DNA of 64,000 nt from contig NC_058369.1 of assembly GCF_018350175.1 (NCBI RefSeq), forward strand, positions 7,194,001 through 7,258,000. Reading direction: 5' to 3'. The notes below the pieces were generated by a model that was not told where the DNA came from, did no database searches, and worked only from the letters and a program-made list of their open reading frames with translations. The stretch comes from Felis catus (Eukaryota). Below are positions 38,401 to 51,913 of this stretch, in pieces. The position numbers and the translations under genes are program-made. How positions within the stretch are numbered: the stretch's first letter is position 1; each line of letters opens with the position of its first letter.

Positions 38401-40015
38401 TAGTTTTTAGGTAAAATATTTTCATGAGACTATGACTAAATTTGATGGGGTACTTTACAAATGGACTGTGATGGAGATCAAATGACACTTGATGTACATT
38501 TAAAACTCCCTTACGCGATATAATTAGGTACACATCACCCACAAAATAGTTTGTGACAGAGATTTTGAAGCCTCTGAAACTGAAGTTCGGAAACTAAAAC
38601 TGACAGGCCTGTTTCTGCAAATGAAGTTTTGTTTTTTTAATGTTTATTTATTTTTGAGAGAGACAGAGACAGAACGCGAGTGGGTTAGGGCAGAGGGAGA
38701 GGGAGACACAGAATCCCAAGCAGACTCCAGGCTCCGAGCTGTCAGCACAGAGCCCGACATGGGGCTCGAACTCACAAGCGGTGACATCATGACCTGAGCG
38801 AAGTCAGACACTCAACAGACTGAGCAACCCAGGCGCCCCCCCTTTTTTTAAAAAAAATTTTTACTGTGCAAATGAAGTTTTACTAGACAAAACCACACAC
38901 ATTTGTTTAGTAAGGGGTATGGTTGCTTGTGCAACTACAAAGGCAGAGCTGAAGAATTCCAGGCCGGATGGCCAGCAAAGCAGAATGTACTCAATGCAAG
39001 AGGACTTCAGCCACCTCCACTTTCACCTCAAACTTTCTAACTGATTAAGGTCTTCTTTCCAGGTTCTCTCTGAACTCAGACAAAAGACCATGTGGGCAAA
39101 CGATCCCCTGATGAAAACCTAAACTTCCCCCTTCGGCAAGAAGTACTGCCTGAGCCACAAGACCCTGCATGATGGACTCCAAGACAGTAATGGACCTGAT
39201 CTTCACAGCCCACCTGCAGTTACTCACTAACCTTTACCTGGCATTTTTCTTATATGAACCCGTATTTTCAGCACTTTAGCTACATTACTACCTGGGCCTT
39301 TTCAGACAAAAAGTTGGCAAGCCTGGTTACTGGACTCACTTATCAGTGTATGAAATTACAGAAAATAAAGACAGCATGCAAGGCACCTGGGGTGACTCAG
39401 TCGGTTAAGCATGGATTTGGGAGGACAGGGGTGTTGGTGGCTTAGTCCGTTCAGCGTCTGACTTCAGCTCAGGTCATGATTCCAGTTTCTGAGTTCCAGC
39501 CCTGTATCAGGCTCTCTACTGTCAGCAGGGAGCCCGCTTTGGACCTCTGTTCCCCTATCTCTCTGGACCTACCCCACTCGCACCCACTCTATCGAAAATT
39601 TAAAAAATTAAAAATAAAAATAAATAAAAAAAATAAAAAGGCAGACTTCAGCTCAAGTCATGATCTCACTGTTTGTTGAGTTTGAGCCCCACAGTGGGCT
39701 CTCTGCTGTCAGCTCAGAGCCCGCTTGGGAATCTCTGTCCCTCTCTCTCACTGCCCCTCCCCCACTCAGGCTCCCTCTCCCCAAAATAAACAAACATTTA
39801 AAATAAATAAATAGGGGCTCCTGGGATGGCTCCAAGCGTCGGACTTCCGCTCAGGTCAGGATCTGAACCCTGGGTGGAGTTCTTGTGCTGAGAGCGCAGG
39901 GCCTGGAGCCTGCTTCAGATTCTATGTCTTCCCGGCTCTCTCTCTCTCTGCCCCTCCCCCGCTCACACTCTGTCTCTTTCTCAAAATAAAAACCATTTAA
40001 AAAAATTAAATAAAG
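35484..40015. mobile_element. Scattered Can-SINEs in paralog A 5' introns (~35484-35680, 35764-35960, 36992-37090, 37610-37720, 37746-37935, 38630-38840 minus, cluster 39382-40015)
   Basis: SINE heads, CT tracts and A tails. The span also includes unique sequence between the elements. Confidence 0.8.
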
Positions 40016-40839
40016 ACAGCACGGAAACATCAGAAATCTCAGAAACTCTGAGTTTCGCAAAGAGCGTGTGAGGCTTCCAAGTCAGTATCATGAAGAAACA
40101 ATGGCTCTGCCGCAGGTTAGAAGAGCCTAAGAGACAAACAATTGTCATATATAAACCTTGAATACATCCGAGATCCAAAACATATTCTGAGGTAAAGTGG
40201 AAAATTTTACTTTTTATACAGTACATATTGCATAACATTTTTAATTTTTGTGGCTGAATCACTGTATTATGATTTCAGTAGTAAAACCTCATCCTTACAA
40301 CATGCATTACCGAGTATTTAAAGGTCATGTATCATGTCTACAATTTATTTCCTATTTACTCGCAAACAATCCGCTAAAAAATACATTTCTTTATCCAAAG
40401 AGCGCAACCACGCAAAATGCGAAAATGGGTGAATCTGCTTCGGTGCACATTCATAGCAACAGTTGCTTACATTTCCTTTAGGTTTAAGATTTTACGCAAA
40501 AAATGTCGGGAAAAAACTTAGTCCAAATGCCCCGTTAATGGGAAATCCAGTTATTCTGAAAATGGAGTATTCACGCCTCCATTCTTTTCTCCCGGAGTCC
40601 CTGGCTTGCAACTTGGTGGGAATGGACAGGCTCAGGAGGGTCTCAGGAAAAGCGACGTGAAAACGGTTTCTCTTTAGTACAAAGACCAGTGGAGCACGTG
40701 TGTATAACTAGGTACTGAAACATGCACACTACACACATCCGAAAAAGCATATCACCTGCCTAAGACAGTGTGTCCCGAAGAAAAGACGAGCGCAGACAAA
40801 GCCACATTCTCAGATAAAACTGCCTCTTCCCCACCGAAA

Positions 40840-41600
40840 GGAAACACAGGCCCCGCTGAACCAACTTTCCAGAACGCTCACCGGCCGGGTCCCTGAGGCT
40901 GCGAGTAACGCGGCGGAGTCTGGGCCACTCCCAGCAGCAGAAACTCTTTTCCTTTGGGACAAAAGTCACAAAGGCCGCTTGCACACTGCAGGACAGGCGA
41001 GCACAGTGGCCACGAACACCCCGCGCACGCGCCCTCCCAGCAGGACCACAGCGGCTCCGCGCCAAAACCGCCGGCCTCAGCGGCCTGTCGGGCGGTCTAG
41101 GCGGATGCGAGCCGCGCGGCCCACCGCCGACCCCGACTAAAACCGGCCTTGGACGCCCACGTCCTGCCTCCCTTCACGCCTTCCCCACCACAGCGGGCCC
41201 ACGTCCAACCACCAGCAGCCCAACGTGCTCAATGCTGCGCGAAGCAGCAGGCGAAGAAACTCCGGCGAACGCGTGACACCACTTCCGCTTCCTGCCGGGA
41301 ACGGGGGGGCGGGGCTTCCACCTGAGACGGCGGAACTGGGCTCCTCTCGGGCGTGGGCTTCGCGCTGGGCCTGAGGCCTGGATCCCGCCCGGAGGACAAG
41401 GCTGGGGCAGGAACCAGGTATGGGGGCGCGGCTACGGGCGGGGGGCGGGACCCTGCGCGGGGCGGGGTGGGGACCGAGCCGGGGGTAGGGGGCGGGGCCC
41501 AGCTCCCTGGGGCGGTGGCAGGGCGCCAATGGGCTCAACCCCACATCCTCAGTAAATGGTTTCCTGCCGGCCTCCCTGCACGTCCTGGAGACTCTAGGGT
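40840..41600 (-). promoter_or_regulatory. CpG-island promoter and probable non-coding first exon of paralog A
   Basis: GC- and CpG-rich. Tandem ETS cores CACTTCCGCTTCCTG (41280-41294), several GGGGCGGG GC boxes (41306-41500), CCAAT at 41526, and a minus-strand donor CCG|GTGAGC at 40881. Confidence 0.85.
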
Positions 41601-41964
41601 CGTTGTCCTTGTCGTTAAGCCCGAGAGTCGATCACATAGTCTGTCTGCCGCAGTCCATCCCGTCTCTAGGCCTTGATTTCTTGATTTCCTCTCATTGTCG
41701 TTTACGTTGGACACGACGCTAAAGTCTAGTCGTTGATGCCTTGCTTTCATTGTTATGACAGTTCCTGTAAATCGTTCCTTTTTCTGTGTCAAATATGTAT
41801 ATCTGTTTTTGTGAGATCGCACTGATACCAGGTATTCCTCTCTTCAGGCATGGTTATAAAGTTGCTCCCCTAATCACGTTTGCTGTGGTTTTCATTGGAT
41901 GGCCTTTGTGCAGTTAGTAAAGATCTCTTTAAACAGGACTAGAGTACATCTACTCAAGACTTAG

Positions 41965-42245
41965 TGGAGGGGAGTGGGAGGGAATGGAGGAAATAAGTGA
42001 AGGGGATTAAGATGTACAGTTTTCCGGTTGTAAAATAACTGGGACACTGGATATAATGTTCACAATAGGGAATATAAGCCAATCCAACATTGTAACAACT
42101 TTGGTGACAGATGGTAACTAGACTTACTGTGGTGACTATTTTAGGATGTGTGCATTGTATAGGATATATATATCAAATTGCTACGTGGACGTCTGAAGGT
42201 AATCCAGTATTGTATGTCAGTTGTTCATCAATAAAAAGTGAAAGA
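41965..42245 (+). mobile_element. L1 3' end fragment
   Basis: GGGGATTAAGATGTACAG...GGTGACAGATGGTAACTAGACTTACTGTGGTGA...AATAAAAA is an L1 3'UTR pattern. Confidence 0.7.
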
Positions 42246-42446
42246 AATGTCCATGTACATCATGCAACGTGCTTTATGCATACATTGAATTGATATGTCT
42301 CTTGTTAAGTTAATGTTTCATTAATAACTGTAGAAACTTTTAATTTTTATATAGCTAAGAAGTCTGGTTTGTTTTTTGTTTTTGACCAAGAGAGTTCTCG
42401 AGTCAGGGAGAGGGGAAAGGGGAGAGAGAATCCTACGCAGGTTTGA

Positions 42447-42447
<1 letters not shown>

Positions 42448-42485
<38 letters not shown>
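42448..42485 (+). repeat. G38 homopolymer inside a truncated minus-strand SINE (~42365-42531)
   Basis: Direct count of the G run. Confidence 0.9.
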
Positions 42486-42959
42486 CTTCATCTCACAACC
42501 CTTGGGATCATGACCTGAGCTGAGGTGCCCCTCCCCTTATTTGTTTTTGGTTACACTGGACGTAATGGTAAACTCTAATCATTGATTCCTTGTGTTTTCA
42601 ATGTAATGACAATTTTATAAATCTTTCATATTTTGTTCACATATATATTTTTGTTCTTGCTTTGTGAAAAACCACTAACACTGGGCATTCTTCCCTTATT
42701 CAGGAATGGTTCTAAAGTTATATTTGCTGTGATTTTGAGTGGGTTATCTTTGTACAGTTAATAAAACATCTTTTGAAATACTGATTTAAAACATATTTCA
42801 TCCAGACTTGTTCATGTGACTCATTAAATGTTTTGTACCCATCTATTGAATTGATACCTATTTTGCTACATTAATATTTCATGTTTATTGCATAAATCAT
42901 TAAATTTTTATAGGCAAAGAAGTGTTTTTATTTTAATTTTTCTTAAATATCATTGAATG

Positions 42960-43610
42960 TTGTTTTTTTAATGTTTATTTTGAGAGCAAGAGAGAACAAG
43001 GGCAGGGGGGGCAGAGAGAGTGAGGGAGAGAGACAGAGCATCCCAAGCAGGCTCTGCATTGTCAGCACAGAGCTGGAGGTGGATCTCGAACTCAAGGAAC
43101 CATGAGATCCTGACTTGAGCTGAAACCAAGAGTTGGATGCTTAACCGACTGAGCCACCCAGGTGCCCCCAAAAAAGTGCTTTTAAAAATTATATATGAGG
43201 GGGGAGCCTGGGTGGCTCAGTCGGTTAAGTGTCTGACTCGGTTTCGGCTCAGGTCATGATCTCACAGTTCGTGAGTTCAAGCCCCACATCAGACTCTGTG
43301 CTGATGGTGCAGAGCCTGCTCGGGATTCTCTCTCTCCATCTCTCTCTGCCCCTTCCACACTCTCTCTCTCAAAATAAATTAAAAAATAAACTTAAAAAAA
43401 TAAAAAAAAAATTGTATATGAGGGTGCCTGGATGGCTCAGTCGGTTGAACACCCGACTTTGGCTCGGGTCATGATCTCATGGTTTGTGAGTTTGAGCCCT
43501 GCATCGGGCTGTCAGCCTGCTGTCAGCCTGTCAGCACAGAGCCTGCTTTAGAACCTCTGTCCCCCTCTCTCTGCCACCCTGCCCCCATTTGCACTCTCCC
43601 GAAAATAAAT
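42960..43610. mobile_element. Three Can-SINEs: 42960-43169 (-), ~43200-43410 (+), ~43421-43610 (+)
   Basis: SINE heads, CT tracts and tails. Confidence 0.88.
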
Positions 43611-43618
43611 ATTTTTTA

Positions 43619-44233
43619 TTAGTTTTATTTTTTTTTAATTTACATCTAAATTAGTTAGCATATAGTGCAACGGTGATTTCAGGAGTAGATTCCTTAGTGC
43701 CCCTGACCCATTTAGCCCATCCCCCCTCCCACAACCCCTCCCATAACCCTCAGCTTGTTCTCCATATTTGAGTCTCTTATGTTTTGCCCCCTCCCTGTTT
43801 TTATATTATTTTTGTTTCCCTTCCCTTATGTTCATCTGTTCTGTGCCTTCAAGTCCTCATATGAGTGAAGTCATACATTTGTCTTTCTCTAATTTCGCTT
43901 AGCATAATCCCCTCCAGTTCCATCCACGTAGTTGCAAATGGCAAGATGTCATTCTTTTTGATTGCCGAGTAATACTCCATTGTATATATATACCACATCT
44001 TCTTTATCCATTCATCCATCGATGGACACTTGGGCTCTTTCCATACTTTGGCTATTGTTGATACTGCTGCTATAAACATTGGGGTGCGTGTGTCCCTTCG
44101 AAACAGCATACCTGTATCCCTTGGATAAATACCTAGTAGTGCAATTGCTGAGTTATAGGGTAGTTCTATTTTTAATTTTTTGAGGAACCTCCAGACTGTT
44201 TTCCAGAGTGGCTGCACCAGCTTGCATTCCCAA
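43619..44233 (-). mobile_element. 5'-truncated, relatively young carnivore L1 (ORF2 C-terminus plus 3'UTR)
   Basis: ORF 43849-44217 reads [20 protein letters not shown]...WIKKMWYIYTMEYYSAIKKN. T-rich tail at the left end. TSD AAAATAAATATTTTTTA (43602-43618 and 44234-44250). Confidence 0.95.
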
Positions 44234-44374
44234 AAAATAAATATTTTTTAAAAATTATATATGGATTTCCTACTTGCCTTAAAAATCTCAATTATATACA
44301 GATTTTGTAATTTACTTCTTAAATATAATCTATTTAAAAACACCAAAAGATAAATAAAAAATAAAAACACCAAA

Positions 44375-47232
44375 CTTTTTTTTTTATTAAAAAATTTTAA
44401 TGTTTATTTTTGAGAGAGAGAGCATGAGCAGGGGAGGAGCAGAGAGAGAGGGAGACACAGAATCCAAACCAGGCTCTGAGCTGTCAGCACAGAACCCGAC
44501 AAGGAGCTCAAACTCATGAACCTCCAGATCATGACCTGAGCCGAAGTTGGATGCTTAACTGACTGGGCCACCTAGGTGCTCCAAAACACCAAAGTCTTTA
44601 ATCCTCATAGGATATATTTTACATGTGGGGTAGGGTACTGGATCCAGTAGTTCTTTTCCCTAGAAAAGATGATGGATTCAGTACCACTTACAAGCTATTC
44701 TTGACCTATAGATTTGAAATTCCAACTTGATTACAGTGAATTCCTGTATTGGTCTCTGGACACTCCTGCACTCGTATTGCATTTACTTATGCTCATATCA
44801 CACTGTTTTGAATGGTATACAAGTCTTAATATTTAGTGGTATATATATAAAGGTTGGTAATGTTTGTTGCATTTACCGCTGTAGGTGTTCAGCTTGGGGT
44901 TAATTGCATTGGTGGTAACATGTTTACCTAATTCTTGGGATCATTGCCTCTGTGTTAGATCTGCACATTTGAGTAATCAATCACTCTTGCAGTCGTTCTA
45001 GGGTCACATAGTTACAGAAAGTCCTTCATCTCTCAGCTCCGTGTAGGCTACTTAATGGTCTGTTGGCTCTATCTGCAGGCAACGGGGCTTGCCATTTGTG
45101 TCTCCATAACTGAAAGAGCAAACATCTCTTTAAGAGTGTATAGACTGTTTTCATAGGTAAAAACTGTCTTGTATGGGTCCCTGGACTGATGGGTTCTACC
45201 TCCAGAATCATAGTCAAGTGGGGTTGACACCAGTCACATGGCTGCTACTGGGTCTGCATTGGAGTCTGTCCTATACTGTCCCGTTGTCAGGGCCATCATC
45301 CTTTTTTGGACCCTGGTCAAAGGTCGTCCCTCCAAGACCTTGGCCAACACCAAGACAAGCACTCTCTTCAGGGTCCAAAGATGGTGGTAGCATTTCTAGT
45401 TGTGCGACTAGGCAGGCACAAATGGCCCCAGACCACAGCTGAGAGGGCCTGGAGCCAATTCACAAGGCTACTTAGGGCCCACAGCCATGACCAGGTTCTG
45501 CAGGCCTGCCTCAGGGGGCACTGATGGGCCAGTCTCCCCCAGGGTCCCAGGATGGGCAGGACTCCTCCTATATTGTGGCCTGGTGCCGGGAGCTGGGTTG
45601 TGGGCTGCTTTAAGATCTGCAGTCAGACCAAGGTTAGTAGGCCTGCCTCCAGGCTCACAGATGGACACATGTCCTTCTGGATTCCTCTGTGGGGAAGACC
45701 ACAGCTAAGAGAGGCTTCAGGTGGGGGGCGCCTGGGTGGCTCAGTTGGTTGAGCTTCCGGCTTCGGCTCCGGTCATGATCTCATGGTTTGTGAGTTCAAG
45801 CCCCAAGTTGGGCTCTGTGCTGACAATGACAGCTTGGAGCCTGGAGCCTGGATCCTGCTTCGGATTCTGTGTCTCCCTCTCTCTCTGCTCCTCCCCTGCT
45901 CGTGCTCTGTCTCTCTCTCTCTCTCAAAAATAAGTAAGCATCAAAAAAAAATTTTTTTTTAAAGAGAGGCTTCAGGTGGGTCACCGGCTGGCTTGCTCAA
46001 AGTCTGCATCTCAGAGTGAGGTCAGCAGGCCTATTACCTGAGAGGCATGGCTGGATGTTTCCTTCCAGGGCCTGAGTGATGGTGCTGGTGACAAGGCCAA
46101 ATGGGGCTGTAGCAAAGTCCACATGACGACATGGCTGCTTCCACATGTGTAGCTGGAACCACAGCCAGTGAGCCGGCCATCTGGGCATAGGTGTCCCTTC
46201 TCAAAATGACCCTCCCAGTTTGTGGACTCTACTCGGGTTTTGTAGTCTCCTACCTGGATTCCAAAACTTCCACAAAGCACTTTTGTTCATGGAAGGCTGA
46301 CTGATTATTGTTGCTGTGGGGGGGGGGGGGGGATCCAAGTGGGGACCTCATATTCTGCCATCTTGTGGTCCCAGGAATTTCAGTGCATTAATCTTAAGGA
46401 AATCTTAAGTTAACTTATCATATAACTAGATCAAAGCAAAAGATGGCTAAGCCAGTAGTATCCAAAATGTATGTGGTCACTTTTCAGCCTTTGCTGCATT
46501 TGGTGGTGAGTATGTGTGTTGCAGGAGAGGAGAGAAGCAGGCTCTCAAACTGGAGTATGTCCTTGTTTATACCTGCATCAGTACAGACCAATGGACACAC
46601 GAGTAAATCTGACCTCTGATATTCTGTTACCAGTGAGGTGTTCTGTAGGCTCCTCAACTCACCCTTTCCAAGATTAAACTGATGTTTTATCCTCCCCACA
46701 ATTTTCTTCCTCTTATTGCCATCAGTGTAAAAGCTAACACTATCGACTCTAGCACCCATAGAATTTTTCTCCAGCGGTTGTCAGGCTGGTTTGGCCCCCT
46801 ATGCAAAGGCAATGTCTAGTCATTTTTAGTTATCACACGTATGTGTTGGCACCTAGTGGGTAGACAACAGGGATCTTTTAAAAGTCTACACTACACAGGG
46901 CAGCGCTCACAAGAAATTATTAAACAGACCAGAATGTCAATATTGAATTTTTGAGATTCTGTTCTAGACTGTTCAGGGCTAGTATTAAAAGATTTCTCGA
47001 GGGGCACCTGGGTGGCTTAGTCAGTTAAGTATCTGACTTTGGCTCAGGTCACGATCTCGTAGTTTATGCATTTGAGCCCTGTGTCGGACTCTGTACTGAC
47101 AGCTTGGAGCCTGGAATGTGCTTTGGATTCTGTGTCTCCCTCTCTCTGCCCCTCCTCAACTTGTGCTCTGTCTCTGTGTGTCTCTCTCTCAAAAATAAAC
47201 ATTAAAAAAAATCTTTTTTAATTAAAAAAAAA
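44375..47232. mobile_element. Can-SINEs at ~44375-44582 (-), 45724-45960 (+) and 47001-47232 (+)
   Basis: SINE structure with TSDs AAAACACCAAA, AGAGAGGCTTCAGGTGGG and AAAAGATTTCTC. The span includes intervening sequence. Confidence 0.85.
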
Positions 47233-49759
47233 AGATTTCTCTAAAAAATCCCAGCAACTGCCTATTACCTTATTACAGAATTAAAGATATTATCAGAAAG
47301 GAATCTCAGTCTTTTCTTCTTGTTACTTTTTTATTGTGTTTAAATATCTGTAACAAAATTCACTATTTTAAACACTTAGGTGTACAATTCTATTCTGTTC
47401 ACATCAAATACATTGTGTTTTTTTTCTGTTTTTGTTTTGTGCAACCATTACCGCTGTTTCCAGATGGTTTCATATTCCCAAAGGGAAACTCTACCCATCA
47501 CACACTCATTTTTCATTCTTCTTTCCCTCCACCAGCTGCCAATCATGCAATGAGAAAAGGAGTTTCCACCTGAGGTCCCGGGGCATATCTTAAGGTAGCA
47601 ATGATGGAAAATAAAGGTGCAATTAAACGTGGATAAGAAAAGAGGGATTGATAGGAGGATGACAGAAGGCAAAGAATGAGGCAGTATCTCAGACTTCTCC
47701 TATGCAACATACTACATAGAAACTCCTAAGCAAACTACCACTCAAATCACATTCCTACACTGGAAGTTGAAAATCACATCCCTGTTTCTATGGTAGAATC
47801 CATTGCAATCACAAGCTATTGGTGGGAAATGGGGTAAATGAGAAGATCTCTGTAAGAAACATCATAATTGCATGAAATTATACATGTAAAACAGGATGAA
47901 CAGTTTTGACATGGCAAGGACTTTAATTACAACTGTAGTAGCCTTTTCATGCCCCTTCTTCATGTGAATAATGCACCCAAATAAATGCACTTGAAGAGTA
48001 TCAACATTTGAGAGGGCAGTTGAGGAAAGCAGGCCAGCACTTGATGGAAGTGTTTCACATCTAATGTTGGCCACGTCAGGAATGGCTACAGGAAATCTGA
48101 CCAAAGAATTCTGGAACCGTAATTAGGGAAGAAAGGTAACAAAGGAACTACTAAAGAGGTTGTTGAGAAACAAATACAAAGACAAATACAAGCACGTCAT
48201 GGGTGCTCTGGGAACAGAGGAAATGAAGTTTCTATTACAAGAGAAAAATAACCACAAGATTTAAATCCACAACATTTGCATTTGGGGCCCACAATATCCT
48301 CTCGGTTCTGAGACCAGTGGCCCATCAGGGCCCATCTCTCTTAGGTGAAGACTTCCCAGGGCCCCCATCACATCCTTTTCCTCAGGCTGTAGATGAAGGG
48401 GTCCAGCATGGGGGGGTACCACAGTGTACATCACTGAGGCAATCAAGCTTCTCTGGGAAGAATGGTTCCAGCAGAACTGAACTACACTGCCAGGCTTCTC
48501 CCATAGGAAAAGGAGGTCACAGCAGTGAGACCCACCAGGCGGAAAGTGCTTTGCATTTCCCCATCTAGAAGACATTCTTATTAAGGAAGAGACAATCAGA
48601 CTACGAAAAGAGGATCCTAATGAGACAAAAAGTCGGCAAGCGTGGTTATTGACAAACACAGATGTTACTGATGAGGGTATCAGATCGTTGGAATGAGGAC
48701 AGGTAGGTTTTGCAATAATCCAATGATGCCACCGAAGGCCAGCATATTCTATACTGCAACCCACACGAAGCAGTGAAGCCTACACCCCCACCTACACCCA
48801 AGAGAATCACTTCATATCCCAACCTCCTCCAAACATAAACCTAAGACAAATGTGCCCAGGTCACTTCTGATCAGGATCATCACTACATTTGACTCGGCGT
48901 GTACTCCACTGGTTTAAACCCAAACGAACATGACATTAAGCTGCTGTGGCCTCCGAGGCCACCCACAACAAAAGTAAAGGCTGCTCAAGGGTCACGAGTG
49001 TATGAATGTGTCAACTCAGTACGGAAACAAGGTTCTGGTGGATTCTGCGTCTCTATCCAAAGGTCAATTTGAAGAACTGCCAGTGGTGGCAGCAAGTACT
49101 GCAGATTATCAGGACTTGCCATGTTCACAAGGTTCTCTGTCTCCCACATATGAAAGGATGAGAAACTAACCAGCAAGTCACGTGCCAGCTGCAGCTATTT
49201 CTAAACACAGGCAAACAACATGATTGGTTTCTTCCGGGTTGTGGTGATCTAGGAGCTCTGTTCCCCACCTCTCCGCACACTGAGATTGAAAGTATTTTCT
49301 AACCCAGTACTGGGTGTGTAGCTCTCTTTGCAGAGCTATGAAATCTGGGTGTATAACCCTCACCATTTCTAAAGTCTTTTCTGACCCAGAAAGATCAGGT
49401 GTGAGACAGAACCAAGAGCATTTTCAGGAAATTTAGAGACATATACCACCCCCACACCTTCACCTCCATGAGGCACCATCAGTGGACTCTCTGAGCAGTG
49501 AACTAACTACTTCAAATGTTCACCGTCTTCACAGTATTAGACAAGGTCCACGCGACCAGACAACCCGGGTGGCTTGAACAGCATTAAGTCTAACGGTGGT
49601 AGTCTCACTTGGGACCAGGCTGCAACCAAGGTGTAGAAACTAGACTAGCAAAACTCTCAGGGGCAGGAAGCCAGACCCTTCCCCAAAATGGTCAGGGCAG
49701 AGTGGCACATGTTCATAACAGATATATAAACCCATCCTATAAGCGGAGTTCCACGTCTC

Positions 49760-50402
<643 letters not shown>

Positions 50403-51668
50403 TTACTCTCTAGAGTGATTTCTCAAATGGCTACGAAAATAGGAGAAAGTCCTAAAGGCTTCCCCACATTCACCACATTGAAAGGGTCTGTCTCCAGTGT
50501 GAGGTCTCAAGTGTTCATGAAGATACGAGGAACTACCAAGGGCTTTCTCACATTCACCACATTCATAGGGCTTCTCTCCACCGTGAGTTCGTAAATGTTT
50601 TTTAAGGACTGAGGGCCAAACGAAAGCTTTCCCACATTCCTTACATTGATAGGGTTTCTCTCCAGTGTGAGTTCTCAAATGTACACTAAGTCGTGAGGAA
50701 TTAGTGAAGGCTTTCCCACATTGTTGACATTTGTACGGCTTCTCTCCAGTGTGAATTCTCAAATGTTCGTTAAGAATTGAGGAACTACTGAGGGCTTTCC
50801 CGCATTCCTTACATTTATAGGGCTTCTCACCACTGTGAGTTTGAACATGTTTACGAAGGACCGAGAGCCAAGCGAAACGTTTCCCACATTCCTTACATTT
50901 ATACGGCTTCTCTCCAGTGTGAATTCTCAAATGTTCATTAAGAACTGACGAACGACTGACGGCTTTTCCACATTCCTTACATTTATAGGGCTTCTCACCA
51001 CTGTGAGTTCGAACGTGTTTACGAAGGAGCGAGGGCCACTGGAAGTGTTTCCCACATTCTTTACATCGATAGGGTTTCTCTCCAGTGTGATGTCTCAAAT
51101 GCACATAAAGACGGGAGGATGTAGCGAAGGCTTTCCTACATTCACTACATTCAAAGGGTTTTATTCCAGTGTGAAGTCGAATGATGTGATTATTGAGGCA
51201 CTTGGAATCTGCATAAGATTTCCCACATTGTTTACATTCATGGGGTTCTTGAGTGTGTGTCTGCACATGCTCAGTATGGCCTGCTGAGAAGACTGAAGCT
51301 CTTATAAACGGCTTCCATTCATCAAAATCTCCTCCAGTGTGAATCCTCATGTGCGCCTGAAAATGGGAATGATTAATGAATGTTTTCCCACAGTCGCTGC
51401 ATTCCAAAGACTTCCCTGCCAGGCTGGTTCTCTCATACATGATAGGTGGAGTCAGGCGCAAGATTTTACCACACCGATTCAACTCAGAAAGCTTCTCTCT
51501 AGTAGAGTTTTTCTTTTGAGGAGTAAGGAAGCCATTGTGATACGGGTTACACTCAAAAGCGTTCTCTCTATTTTGAGTTCTCACGTGTGTCTTAAGGTTG
51601 AAGTGCTTCCTCAAGTCTTTCCCACTTTGCTGACAGTCAGAGAGTTCTACTCCATGGTGGGTCCTCTC
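50403..51668 (-). CDS. KRAB-ZNF paralog B (ZNF426/ZNF266/ZNF561-like), zinc-finger exon with 11 intact C2H2 fingers (1 isolated plus 10 tandem); full product ~555 aa
   Basis: Acceptor TTCATCAACAG|GAGAGG at 51668 is in frame with ORF 50403-51614. The spacer KTHVRTQNRENAFEC...FINHSHFQAH is typical of the subfamily. Confidence 0.9.
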   Translation of the reverse strand, partial: ERTHHGVELSDCQQSGKDLRKHFNLKTHVRTQNRENAFECNPYHNGFLTPQKKNSTREKLSELNRCGKILRLTPPIMYERTSLAGKSLECSDCGKTFINHSHFQAHMRIHTGGDFDEWKPFIRASVFSAGHTEHVQTHTQEPHECKQCGKSYADSKCLNNHIIRLHTGIKPFECSECRKAFATSSRLYVHLRHHTGEKPYRCKECGKHFQWPSLLRKHVRTHSGEKPYKCKECGKAVSRSSVLNEHLRIHTGEKPYKCKECGKRFAWLSVLRKHVQTHSGEKPYKCKECGKALSSSSILNEHLRIHTGEKPYKCQQCGKAFTNSSRLSVHLRTHTGEKPYQCKECGKAFVWPSVLKKHLRTHGGEKPYECGECEKALGSSSYLHEHLRPHTGDRPFQCGECGEAFRTFSYFRSHLRNHSRE

Positions 51669-51874
51669 CTGTTGATGAAGGGATGAAAGATGATGACAGC
51701 GTTTTCAGACTGATGATAAGTTTCAACCTTAGAATGCTAAAAACATGATAAGGACTCTTACCACTTTTATTACATAAATACAGTTCCTGTTGATTTCTTT
51801 CAGGTTAAACCAGGGAATTCCTCTGCCAAAAACTGATGCCATTATTCTACTCTCGTGATCATTCCAGTAAAAAT

Positions 51875-51913
<39 letters not shown>

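Noticed and set aside
40760..41065. Identical 101-aa ORF at 40760-41065 and 63454-63759, suggesting a conserved microprotein
   Set aside because: It starts at TTG, crosses the first-exon donor and has no recognisable domain. The identity simply follows from the near-identical DNA tract.
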